Assembly (NCBI GenBank): GCA_964634925.1
Contig: CAZWKO010000001.1
Coordinates: forward strand, 1-27,979
Reading direction: 5' to 3'
Origin: an uncultured Vicinamibacteraceae bacterium
Lineage (GTDB): Bacteria > Acidobacteriota > Vicinamibacteria > Vicinamibacterales > UBA8438
Length of the DNA stretch: 27,979 bases
The number at the start of each line of letters is the position of its first letter. Within the stretch, counting starts at the first letter, position 1. Both the position numbers and the translations under genes were made by a program. The notes beneath the pieces were generated by a model. That model saw nothing but the letters and a program-made list of their open reading frames with translations. It had not been told where the DNA came from and searched no databases. Shown here in pieces: positions 6,702 through 15,629 of this stretch.

Positions 6702-9110
6702 CTAGTCCTCAATGGCGCGCGCCTCTATATCATCCGGGGCACGACGTTTTTGAAAAGGCTCGCTGGTAACCACAGCCGCGATGAGTGAAGACCATCGGTA
6801 GTCGTTGTCTTTGAGAATGCGTGTTATACGACGGACCGTCGGCGCGTCATAGTACGCGACACCTCGACCCAACGCATAGGTTAGTAACTTTTCGGTCACG
6901 GTACGAACAAACTCATTATCACCGTCGGAGAGCAACGCCTCGCGAAAGGCCCGCGGGTGATCTATGACGGCATCTGACAACGTAATGGTCGCATTAATCT
7001 CCGCACCCCCGTCAGTCTCGCGCCATCGACCAATAGCATCGAAATGCTCCATCGCAAATCCCAATGGATCCATCCGTCGATGGCAACTTGCGCAAACTGG
7101 ACTACTCCGATGCTGTTCCATCCGTTCACGGAGCGACGACGGGTTCCGCCTATCGTTTTCCGCCAGTGGCGGCACATTCGGAGGCGGTGGCGGTGGCGGT
7201 GACCCCAGAAGCGTCTCAAGTACCCACTTGCCACGGAGTACCACTGATGTTCGGTTTGCGTATGACGTCACCGTGAGCACACTCGCGTGTCCGAGTAACC
7301 CGTGGCGCCGATCATCAGTCCATGCTGTCCGTCTGAACCGATTACCGTAGATCCCGGTTACGCCATAATGATCGGCGAGCTGCTCATTCAAAAACGTATA
7401 GTCCGCACGCAGCAATTCATCAATCGGGCGATCTTCGCGCACCTGACTTTCAAAGAAGAGTTCTGTCTCCCGGACCATCGCATTCCGTAGAGAATCGTTA
7501 AATCCAGCAAACAATGCGCCATCGGGGTCTTGAGAGTGTATGTTCCGAACCTGAAGCCATTGCCCAACAAAGTCATCCATGAAACGGGTCGCTCGACGGT
7601 CAGCAAGCATCCGGCGCACCTGACCAGCTAGTACATCAGGCTGACTCAGTTCATCACCAACCGCGAGTTCTAACAATTCTTCATCTGGGATACTTTTCCA
7701 GAGAAAAAAAGAAAGTCGTGATGCGAGTTCGATGTCACTTAGCTGGTAGATAGAACCGGGCTGTGTATCAACGGGCTGCCGCTCAAGACGTAGAAGAAAC
7801 TTTGGCATCGACAGCAGCGCTTCAAGTGCACGCTCTATACCCACCTCAAAGTCACGATCCAACCGTCCCTCCCGATAGACAACCATTAGCGGCTCAATAT
7901 CGTCATCGGTCACGGGTCTGCGATACGCACGACGGGTAAGGGCTCCCATGATCTCTCGTGCGCAGGCCTCCTCCTCCACGAGACTACTACTAGCCACCGG
8001 ATGGCAGCTAAATATACGTCGACGGCTCGGCGTGTCATCTGGGACCACACCATTGAACGGTCCAGAAATATAGACCGTGTCAATGCCTGGTTGATCGCTC
8101 GGCACACCCGGTGAGGGCGCTGAATCCGTAAAAGCAACTGACACGAGTCGTGTGCCCGCTTGAATCGGAACACGCACCTCCAACTCGTGGTCGGCTGTCA
8201 TCCGATATTCGTGCAGTCGTTGTCCATCGACATCCTCTTCCGGAACTGCTATGAGCTGACCCGGGTCCGGGCCAGGATACTTTCCTCCGATCAAGAAACG
8301 TTGAACAAGTGCATGATCGACCCGTACTTCAATTTGGTGTTCGTCTTCAGCAATTCCGTCGATCGTTTCAATCGTTTCATTTCGTTTCAAACGAACCGCA
8401 AACACATATTCACCATCCAAAGGAAACGTATGCCGAATCGCTAATCCCCCGTGGGTCGCGAATGGCATCGTTTCACCAGCTCGAAGATCGCGTCTCTCAT
8501 ACCCAACGTCGTAAACCTGCATGACCGGTCGGTTGTCACGACTCCCGACCGCGGCTCGACTAATCTTTGTTGCAGTCGCAATATAACGAGCCATTAATGA
8601 CGGTGTGATCGAAAGCACGTCAGCATTGTTATCGAATCCAAAACCGGCCATATCTCCCGGAAGCAGTGCACTCCCGTCGATTTCAAGTGCTAACAAATCG
8701 TAAATGGCGTTGACGTACTCAAGACGATTGAGGCGACGGGACGCCACTCGTCCGGGGTTAGGCCTCGTTGCTGCCGCACGGTCAAGCGCATTTTCTAGGG
8801 AGAACGTAAACTCGCCGATCGTCGCCGCGTCCGGCCGCGGACGTCCTTCCGGAGGCATTTGACCACTTCGAAGTTTCCGCACGACCTTTTCGAGAATTTC
8901 GGCATTGCCACCAACGTCTGCAAGGTCGAGACGGTCAAGTGAGAGGCCAGCAGTCTGCAGCCGGTCGTTGTGGCAAGTAATACAGTAATTTGTAAAAATT
9001 TCGCTGGAAATCGCTTCGGTGCGTTCCTGAGCCCAGGAGACCTGGAGCACCAAAAGAGACGCCAGCCCAACAAATCCACTGGCACCGAGTGTCAGCTTCA
9101 GCTTCAGCAT
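6702..9110 (-). CDS. DUF1592/DUF1587/DUF1588/DUF1595/DUF1585 (PSD-family) diheme cytochrome c, copy 1
   Basis: 802 aa. Signal ending SWA|Q. N-terminal heme CITCH...GQMPP. Also RRLNRLEYVNAIYDL, GFDN, RRAYRRP, ELASRLSFFLW, LRGKWVL..PPPPPPP, second heme CASCH and KLLTYALGR. Confidence 0.92.
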   Translation of the reverse strand: MLKLKLTLGASGFVGLASLLVLQVSWAQERTEAISSEIFTNYCITCHNDRLQTAGLSLDRLDLADVGGNAEILEKVVRKLRSGQMPPEGRPRPDAATIGEFTFSLENALDRAAATRPNPGRVASRRLNRLEYVNAIYDLLALEIDGSALLPGDMAGFGFDNNADVLSITPSLMARYIATATKISRAAVGSRDNRPVMQVYDVGYERRDLRAGETMPFATHGGLAIRHTFPLDGEYVFAVRLKRNETIETIDGIAEDEHQIEVRVDHALVQRFLIGGKYPGPDPGQLIAVPEEDVDGQRLHEYRMTADHELEVRVPIQAGTRLVSVAFTDSAPSPGVPSDQPGIDTVYISGPFNGVVPDDTPSRRRIFSCHPVASSSLVEEEACAREIMGALTRRAYRRPVTDDDIEPLMVVYREGRLDRDFEVGIERALEALLSMPKFLLRLERQPVDTQPGSIYQLSDIELASRLSFFLWKSIPDEELLELAVGDELSQPDVLAGQVRRMLADRRATRFMDDFVGQWLQVRNIHSQDPDGALFAGFNDSLRNAMVRETELFFESQVREDRPIDELLRADYTFLNEQLADHYGVTGIYGNRFRRTAWTDDRRHGLLGHASVLTVTSYANRTSVVLRGKWVLETLLGSPPPPPPPNVPPLAENDRRNPSSLRERMEQHRSSPVCASCHRRMDPLGFAMEHFDAIGRWRETDGGAEINATITLSDAVIDHPRAFREALLSDGDNEFVRTVTEKLLTYALGRGVAYYDAPTVRRITRILKDNDYRWSSLIAAVVTSEPFQKRRAPDDIEARAIED

Positions 9111-9181
9111 GATCTTAGACTCTCTGACCTATTTCCAAGTATATCGCTGCTACTTGTGCTAATCCCTAAATATTATTGATG

Positions 9182-9210
9182 TGGACGCAATTTCTAAGAG
9201 TGCATATAGT
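9182..9210 (+). promoter_or_regulatory. Candidate sigma70 promoter TGGACG-N17-TATAGT for the ankyrin/PQQ pair
   Basis: -35 matches 4/6 and -10 matches 5/6 with exact 17-nt spacing, in the AT-rich 110-nt divergent intergenic region. It would give a very short leader to ATG 9221. Confidence 0.35.
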
Positions 9211-9220
9211 GACGGCAGTC

Positions 9221-10840
9221 ATGCAGAGCGACCGTCGCACTCGCCGACTGAAGGTAGCCATAGTCATGGTGATGGCGATTCACGGTTACCTTGTGTCTTC
9301 CGCACACGCTCAAGACCATGCGCTAATCACAGCTTCATCTAATCAAGACTGGCCAGCCGTGATGGAACTCGTGCAGCAGGGAAGTGACCCCAATGTGGCG
9401 CGTGCTGACGGAGTCACCGCATTGCTTTTAGCCTCTCATTGGGACCAAGTCGAGATTGCGCGGCAACTAATCAGTGCCGGTGCCGACGTAAACGCCACCG
9501 ACGACCATGGAGTTTCGCCGCTTGAACGGGCCGCTCAAAACGCCAATACGAACTTAGTCGGTGTCTTGATCGAAGCTGGTGCGAATCCCAATGCGACCCT
9601 CACAAGTGGTTTGACACCACTCATGGTGGCAGCACGGACTGGTAATCTCGATGTTGTTCGACTGCTTCTAGACAATGGCGCTGACGTAAATGCAGCAGCC
9701 ACCGAAACTCAAAGCACCGCCTTAATGTGGGCCGTGGCTGAAACTCACAAAGACATTGTGCGCCTGCTGCTGGCTCGTAGTGCTGACCCAAGGCAATCAA
9801 CCATTAAAGGTTTCACACCATTGATGTATGCCGCACAGAATGGTGACATCGAAACCGCCGAGGCACTACTGGCAGCGGGTGTCGACCTCAATAAAAGAAG
9901 TAATGACGATACTCACGTCCTACCATTTGCAATCGTAAGCAATCAAGACACCTTCGCACTGTTTCTCCTTGAGCATGGAGCTGATCCAAACGGCACGATT
10001 AACGGTATCCCTGCATTACATGCGGCTGCAGGAAATGTCGGGGTGTGGCTCGGTGACTGGTATCGCCGGCACGGGCGAGGTGGCCTCTATGCACGTTTTC
10101 GGCGGGCAAGCCTCAGTGGGGGACAACGACTTCCTTTGGTTGAAGCACTCCTGGCCAAGGGTGCCAACCCCAACGGCCGGATCAGTTCTTCAGCCATGAT
10201 CATGAGCTACATCGGCTATCCCAAGAAGGGCGCGTTCGAACCGTTCGCATGTGGCACGGGCGACCTTCTCGGGGCGACGCCACTATGGGTTGCCGCGTAC
10301 GACATGAATGGTGCCGGAGGACAAGTATTTAGTGTCGGAGAAAGCCGAACCTCGACCAGCACTGACACCCTACTTGCACTTCTCAACGCCGGTGCAGACC
10401 AGCACTTGACAACCGCTGACGGGACAACACCCTTTATGGCAGCCGCTGGCCTCGGACGAGCCACCTATACCCCCCGTGAACCACGTGGTGTCCGGTCACC
10501 TAGCGCAGAAGCGGCAGTCAAGGTCTTGCTCGAAGCGGGTGCCGATATCAATGCAACAAATGAGGCCGACTTCTCCGCTCTCCATGGGGCTTCGTTTCGT
10601 GGGCTGAATGAAGTTGTAGAATTTCTTGTTGCCAAAGGCGCTGACATCAATGCTCGTGACTTTAGAGGCCGTACTGCGTACCGGTTGGCTCAAGGTTCTA
10701 AGCAGTCGTTCCAATTCCAAACCTGGCCCGACACCGCTGAACTACTTGAACGCCTTGGAGCTAATACCGATCTCGGTATTCCTGGTACGATTCAGGAACG
10801 CCTTAGAGACATTCCTTTGGACGCCACCGAACAACCCTGA
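9221..10840 (+). CDS. Exported ankyrin-repeat protein 1
   Basis: Multiple ankyrin repeats (DGVTALLLASHW, GLTPLMVAARTGNLDVVRLLLDNGADVN, GFTPLMYAAQNGD, DFSALHGASFRG). Signal ending AHA|Q. Start uncertain: 9176, 9221 or later. Confidence 0.9.
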   Translation: MQSDRRTRRLKVAIVMVMAIHGYLVSSAHAQDHALITASSNQDWPAVMELVQQGSDPNVARADGVTALLLASHWDQVEIARQLISAGADVNATDDHGVSPLERAAQNANTNLVGVLIEAGANPNATLTSGLTPLMVAARTGNLDVVRLLLDNGADVNAAATETQSTALMWAVAETHKDIVRLLLARSADPRQSTIKGFTPLMYAAQNGDIETAEALLAAGVDLNKRSNDDTHVLPFAIVSNQDTFALFLLEHGADPNGTINGIPALHAAAGNVGVWLGDWYRRHGRGGLYARFRRASLSGGQRLPLVEALLAKGANPNGRISSSAMIMSYIGYPKKGAFEPFACGTGDLLGATPLWVAAYDMNGAGGQVFSVGESRTSTSTDTLLALLNAGADQHLTTADGTTPFMAAAGLGRATYTPREPRGVRSPSAEAAVKVLLEAGADINATNEADFSALHGASFRGLNEVVEFLVAKGADINARDFRGRTAYRLAQGSKQSFQFQTWPDTAELLERLGANTDLGIPGTIQERLRDIPLDATEQP

Positions 10841-10880
10841 CCGAATGCATCAGCTCAAGCTTGAAGGATTAATATTAATA

Positions 10881-12989
10881 ATGACCAACCAGTGGATACG
10901 ACCTGCCATTTTTGTTTTAACGTTTAGTGTGGTCTCATCGACCGCACATGCCCAGCCATGGCAAACCTACGACACGTCAAACGGTGAATGGAGAAGCTAT
11001 GCCGGCGACATTCGAGGCACGAAATATTCTCCGCTCGACCAGATCGACGGCAGTAACTTTTCTGACTTAGAAGTAGCGTGGGAGTGGCTTTCTGTCGACA
11101 ATTCAGTCAGTCGCTCTACACCAGGTGGCGGCGAGTGGTGGGCGCCTCTGCCTACGATCGTCGATTCGCTCGTTACTGATACGCCTGACCTTTACCGGTC
11201 AAGCCAACCGCCTATTGCCTCACGTCTGCAGGCCACCCCCTTAATGGTCGATGGCGTGCTCTACTTTAATACTCCGCTCTCACAAGGTGTCGCGGTCGAT
11301 GCCGTCACTGGAGAAACTCTGTGGGTCTTCAATCCGAAGAGCTATGAAGACGGCACACCAACAATGAGTGCGCCTTGGTCCCAACGTGGTGTGGCCTATT
11401 GGACAGATGGTGCAGATGACGAACGGATCTACTGGGGCACCGGCAATGGTTATCTTGTCTGCGTCAGTGCAAAAACTGGCCAACCGTGTGCTGATTTTGG
11501 CCCGAACGGAAGTGGCATGGTCGACACGATGGCCGGTGTACCACGTGCGGTGCGTGGTGAACGTGACTACCTGAATGCACTGACCTGGGGAGTACATTCA
11601 CCACCAATCGTCGTCCGTGACAAAGTCATCCACGGCTCCCATGTCGCTGACCGACGAATCACGAAAGAAGCGATCCCAGGCTGGGTCAGAGCGTGGGATG
11701 CGCGTACAGGCGAACACTCGTGGGATTTTCACACTGTACCAAACAGCGCCGACGAATACGGTGTTGACACATGGGGCAATGACTCGTGGCGGTACTCCGG
11801 CAACGGCAACGTCTGGTCAATGCTTGCTGGCGACAATGAACTCGGGCATGTGTATCTTCCGACTGGAACTGTCACCAACGACTATGTTGGAGTCGATCGC
11901 CCAGGAGACAATTTATTTTCAGAATCCGTTATTGCTGTTGACGTCGAAACAGGACAGCGCCAGTGGCATTTCCAAGCTGTCCATCACGGCCTGTGGGATT
12001 ACGATTTCCCGACGCACTCCAACTTGGTGGATATCACCGTTGATGGCCGTGACATCAAGGCCCTTGCACAGATTAGCAAGCAAGGCTTCGTCTACGTTTT
12101 TGATCGGGAAACCGGTGATCCTGTTTGGCCCATTGAAGAACGTCCCGTACCGCAAAACTCAAACATGCCCGGTGAAGTGCTATCGCCGACACAACCCTTC
12201 CCAACAAAGCCAGACCCGTTCGACTATCAAGGCATCACTGTTGATGACTTAGTTGATTTCACACCAGAAATTCGAGCGATGGCACTTGAAGCCGTTGACG
12301 GCTGGAGACTCGGTCCACTGTTCACACCTCTTGATTTACCCGTCGAAGGCGAAACGAAAGGCACGGTCATGCGACCGCCGCCGGGGGGAACAGCCGGATG
12401 GTCCGGAGGTGCCGTCGACCCAGAAACTGGCATCCTCTATATCCCGTCCCACAACCAAATATCGGTAGTTGAAATGTACACGCCAGACCCAGAGCTTGGC
12501 GCGACGGTGCCTTACACCCACGGCGCAGATGAGGCTAGCCGTTTAGAACGCATTCGAGCCGGAACGTTTCGAAACGGGCCGATGATGCCTCAAGGGTTAC
12601 CCTTGGTCAAACCACCGTATTCAAGAATGTCAGCGCTTGACCTCAATACGGGGGAATACGTTTGGCAGGTTCCAACAGGAAACGGTGACCGGTTTCGAAA
12701 TCATCCGAGACTGCGTGATCTCAACCTCCCACCACTCGGCGGAGACGGCACGCGAACAGGTGTCGTCCTGACGAAAACATTGGTCATCTACAATCTCTCT
12801 GCCGGTGGTACAAACGGCGGACCACGGATGGTCGCTTACGATAAGGCCACTGGCGAAGAACTCGGGTCTGTTGACCTACCATCAGGTGCCCTCGGAACAC
12901 CTATGACCTACATGGTTAACGGTAAACAGTACGTCGCGCTCGGAATCGGCGGTGGTCCCAGGATGATCGCCTTTGCACTTCCTGATTAG
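10881..12989 (+). CDS. Soluble periplasmic PQQ-dependent dehydrogenase 1 (glucose/quinate dehydrogenase catalytic-domain-like)
   Basis: YSPLDQID, LQATPLMVDGVLY, RGVAYW, RPGDNLFSESVIAVD, HHGLWDYD, SKQGFVYVFDR and PFPTKP. Signal ending AHA|Q. GAAGGA SD before ATG 10881 (702 aa). No N-terminal five-TM domain and no vicinal Cys-Cys. Confidence 0.9.
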   Translation: MTNQWIRPAIFVLTFSVVSSTAHAQPWQTYDTSNGEWRSYAGDIRGTKYSPLDQIDGSNFSDLEVAWEWLSVDNSVSRSTPGGGEWWAPLPTIVDSLVTDTPDLYRSSQPPIASRLQATPLMVDGVLYFNTPLSQGVAVDAVTGETLWVFNPKSYEDGTPTMSAPWSQRGVAYWTDGADDERIYWGTGNGYLVCVSAKTGQPCADFGPNGSGMVDTMAGVPRAVRGERDYLNALTWGVHSPPIVVRDKVIHGSHVADRRITKEAIPGWVRAWDARTGEHSWDFHTVPNSADEYGVDTWGNDSWRYSGNGNVWSMLAGDNELGHVYLPTGTVTNDYVGVDRPGDNLFSESVIAVDVETGQRQWHFQAVHHGLWDYDFPTHSNLVDITVDGRDIKALAQISKQGFVYVFDRETGDPVWPIEERPVPQNSNMPGEVLSPTQPFPTKPDPFDYQGITVDDLVDFTPEIRAMALEAVDGWRLGPLFTPLDLPVEGETKGTVMRPPPGGTAGWSGGAVDPETGILYIPSHNQISVVEMYTPDPELGATVPYTHGADEASRLERIRAGTFRNGPMMPQGLPLVKPPYSRMSALDLNTGEYVWQVPTGNGDRFRNHPRLRDLNLPPLGGDGTRTGVVLTKTLVIYNLSAGGTNGGPRMVAYDKATGEELGSVDLPSGALGTPMTYMVNGKQYVALGIGGGPRMIAFALPD

Positions 12990-12996
12990 TCAGGCA

Positions 12997-14292
12997 TTAA
13001 TCAACGATCGCCTGATAGACCATCGTCCGCACATTCCGTTGATCATCCAAGTTGATCGCTGGAATGATCTGCGTCAAATAAACAACAATCAACTCTTCCT
13101 TAGGGTCGACCCAGTAGGTGGAGTGATAGGCGCCGGCCCAAGCGAACTCCCCGACCGAGCCGGGAAGCCCTGTCGCAGCCGGGTCATGCGTGAGAGAAAA
13201 GCCAAGACCAAAGCTCTGACCAGGGCGAAAGTCGATGCCATCCATATGGTCACTGATCATCGATTCAACTGTCTTTCTCGACAAAATTCGCGTGCCGTTT
13301 AACTCTCCTCCATTCAGCATCATCTGCAAGAAGGTGGCATAGTCAGTAGCAGTCGACAGTGCACCGGCGCCTGCGGAAAACGCCGTGCGCGGCCCGTTTA
13401 CGTAGTGCCCCTGCCCCTCCATATGACCCGGGTCTGGTGCACGCTCAAAGCTACTGCCATCTCCGACAGACGAATAGACAGTAGCAAGCCGTCCCAACTT
13501 ATTCTCAGGTAGGAAAAAATGCGTGTCGGTCATTCCAAGCGGGTCGAACAATCGCTCCTTGAGGAATTCACCGAGTGTCTGGCCGCTAATCTTCTCAATC
13601 ATCGCGCCTAATATGTCGGTGTTGTAGCCGTAGACCCAACGCTCCCCAGGATGAGCAGCCATCGGTAATTCTGCAAGCCGCGTCATCGTATCGATCACCG
13701 GTTCGTCGCGATTGGCGAAGTACCAACCATTGATACCCGCTTCTTCCCACACGTCACTTGAGGGACCATGGTCACGACTCCAAGTTCCATAGCTAATGCC
13801 AGCCGTATGCGTTAGCAAATCGCGGATGGTGATGGAACGTCGGGCCGGCACCACATTGTAGCCACCACCATCGTTCGGTTCGGCAACGGTTGTCTCGGCA
13901 AACGCCGGGAGGTACTTACCGATCGGGTCGGTGATTAGTAGCTTACCCTCCTCCTGAAGCAGCATGACACCCACGCTGGCAAGCGCCTTCGTTTGTGACG
14001 CGATTCTGAAAATTCCGTCAGATGGCATTGGCGCTTGTGCCTCCACATCGCGATGACCGATCCCCTCTCGGTAGGCTATCTTGCCCCTCCGGACGACAAT
14101 AGTGACCGCACCGGCGAGTCGTCCATCGTCGACGTAGCTCTCGAGTGCCAGACTTAAGCGGTCAAGACGTTCGGACGACAGTCCCACCTCTTCCGGCGTA
14201 ACGCGGACCAACCCCTGGCCGACCAGCGTCTGCGGAACGAGCAACAGTACAAACACGACGACGAGCGCCGTCAACCGATTGTGTGATGTCAT
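12997..14292 (-). CDS. Exported serine hydrolase, class C beta-lactamase / family VIII esterase fold
   Basis: 431 aa. FRIASQTK (SxxK), LLTHTAG, PGERWVYG (Tyr motif) and FAWAG. Signal ending LVG|Q. GAGGTGA SD. Confidence 0.9.
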   Translation of the reverse strand: MTSHNRLTALVVVFVLLLVPQTLVGQGLVRVTPEEVGLSSERLDRLSLALESYVDDGRLAGAVTIVVRRGKIAYREGIGHRDVEAQAPMPSDGIFRIASQTKALASVGVMLLQEEGKLLITDPIGKYLPAFAETTVAEPNDGGGYNVVPARRSITIRDLLTHTAGISYGTWSRDHGPSSDVWEEAGINGWYFANRDEPVIDTMTRLAELPMAAHPGERWVYGYNTDILGAMIEKISGQTLGEFLKERLFDPLGMTDTHFFLPENKLGRLATVYSSVGDGSSFERAPDPGHMEGQGHYVNGPRTAFSAGAGALSTATDYATFLQMMLNGGELNGTRILSRKTVESMISDHMDGIDFRPGQSFGLGFSLTHDPAATGLPGSVGEFAWAGAYHSTYWVDPKEELIVVYLTQIIPAINLDDQRNVRTMVYQAIVD

Positions 14293-14357
14293 CGCGTCAC
14301 CTCAAATTTTCTCAGAATCTCTACCATTTCGATGATCAGTATAGCTCGCTGCAACCA

Positions 14358-14447
14358 GTTCGGGCCTGCCACCTCGACGTGCGAACATAGTTCGGCCCAC
14401 CCTATCGTGACCGAAGTGGTAGTCTTGGCAAAAGTGACAGTCCGAAC
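14358..14447 (-). other. Intergenic ~90-nt nested stem-loop structure on the transcribed strand (cis-regulatory RNA, processing site or decayed repeat)
   Basis: Outer stem of 6 bp plus 10 bp, inner 9-bp hairpin, two 15-nt linkers. Four G-U pairs form only on the minus strand. Confidence 0.5.
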
Positions 14448-14453
14448 GAGAAA

Positions 14454-15590
14454 CTACTCGTGTGCTTCGATTAGTTCGTATGCGAGTCCATTCGGGTCTT
14501 CGATCAAGATCGCTCGTGTCTCGCCGAGGGTATACGGACCCTCAAGAATTGGTACGCTCTTAGCCTCAAGGTGGGCAATGACATCATCGAGGTCTGGATA
14601 CGTCAAACCAATGTGATCGACGACTTGCCCACGTGATCGAACTAGCGATCGATCAAGACCGGCACCGCAGCGACCGTCTCGACACTGCCGCGGATACCAC
14701 AACCAGCTCGCATTGCCGACTCGAGCATTTCCAGCCGGAATTCGAAGTTGCCCCACCTCCATGTAGGTCGGAAACGTGACCTCTCCAGTTGGGACCTCGC
14801 ATGGACTCCACCCGTTCTCACTAAAGTTAAAATCCGAGCTGAACGTGTTCTGATTCTCAGGAAACTTCGCACCAAGGTGCTCCACGTGCCAGTTGGCCGC
14901 ACACAGTGGATGCTCCGCCCAGAAATGTGTGTGACTACGAAAGCTGTCATTCTGGCCGGCCGTGACCTCCACCAACATCCCGTCCGGGTCCACGAGATAC
15001 GCGAAATCGAGACCCGAGGTTGGAGGAGTAGGTGGATCAGCAGCCTCCTCCTCGGCGCGTTCGGCAATACTGCTCGCGCGCAGCAAGGCATCCCCCATAG
15101 GTAGTGCAAGTGCATGGTGCGCCGTGTCGCCGCCATCGGACCCACCGTATAAGGTCACAAACTCGAACGCTTCCTGGTCAAAATCACGGATGCGTTCACG
15201 AAATGCGTCGGTGTTGGGTCCAGCAAACGTCGACCCAAAGGTCCAAAATCCACTCTGAGGCTCTGAACGCTGTAACGCTCGGTCAAACCCACCGGGGGGT
15301 TGCGTATCGACCTGCGTATACAACAGGTAAATGTCATCGTAGAAAGCCGGAAACCCTGCGTAGGTTGTGGCCTCTCCCTGTGGCCAGTAATCGCTGTACC
15401 AGGCGATCGAACGGTCCGGATCGACAGAGTTGATATGAATATGGTGAAACGTGGGTGGTGGAAGCGCAACCACCACGTCCTCAGACGCCACGGTCGCTCC
15501 CTCTTCGGCAAACTCAGGAAGCCCGCATGCGGCAGTCAAAACTGTCGCGGCGATCACACTTCTCACGGAAACAACCAACGTTTTCCTCAT
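14454..15590 (-). CDS. VOC (glyoxalase/bleomycin-resistance/dioxygenase superfamily) multi-module protein, probable lipoprotein
   Basis: FHHIHIN, FAYLVDPDGMLVEV, HTHFW, VDHIGL and ILIEDPNGLAYELIE. N-terminus MRK...VLTAA|C with a lipobox-like Cys (378 aa from ATG 15590). Confidence 0.8.
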   Translation of the reverse strand: MRKTLVVSVRSVIAATVLTAACGLPEFAEEGATVASEDVVVALPPPTFHHIHINSVDPDRSIAWYSDYWPQGEATTYAGFPAFYDDIYLLYTQVDTQPPGGFDRALQRSEPQSGFWTFGSTFAGPNTDAFRERIRDFDQEAFEFVTLYGGSDGGDTAHHALALPMGDALLRASSIAERAEEEAADPPTPPTSGLDFAYLVDPDGMLVEVTAGQNDSFRSHTHFWAEHPLCAANWHVEHLGAKFPENQNTFSSDFNFSENGWSPCEVPTGEVTFPTYMEVGQLRIPAGNARVGNASWLWYPRQCRDGRCGAGLDRSLVRSRGQVVDHIGLTYPDLDDVIAHLEAKSVPILEGPYTLGETRAILIEDPNGLAYELIEAHE

Positions 15591-15629
15591 TGACGGCAAA
15601 TCAACTTTGTTTGTGCCTTGGTCCCACTT

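Noticed and set aside
7180-7200. (GGCGGT)3 microsatellite or phase-variation tract
   Set aside because: It encodes the family-typical poly-Pro linker before the second heme. The unit is in-frame, and the paralogue has a degenerate version (APAPTPP).
12997-14292. Beta-lactam resistance gene call (also for the MBL-fold gene at 2187-2840)
   Set aside because: The SxxK protein has esterase-type WAG rather than KTG. The MBL protein has glyoxalase-II-type motifs and no signal peptide. Fold alone does not imply resistance.
14382-14394. Gram-positive-type LexA (Cheo) box CGAAC-ATA-GTTCG
   Set aside because: The spacer is 3 nt rather than the required GAAC-N4-GTTC. It is better explained as part of the RNA structure.
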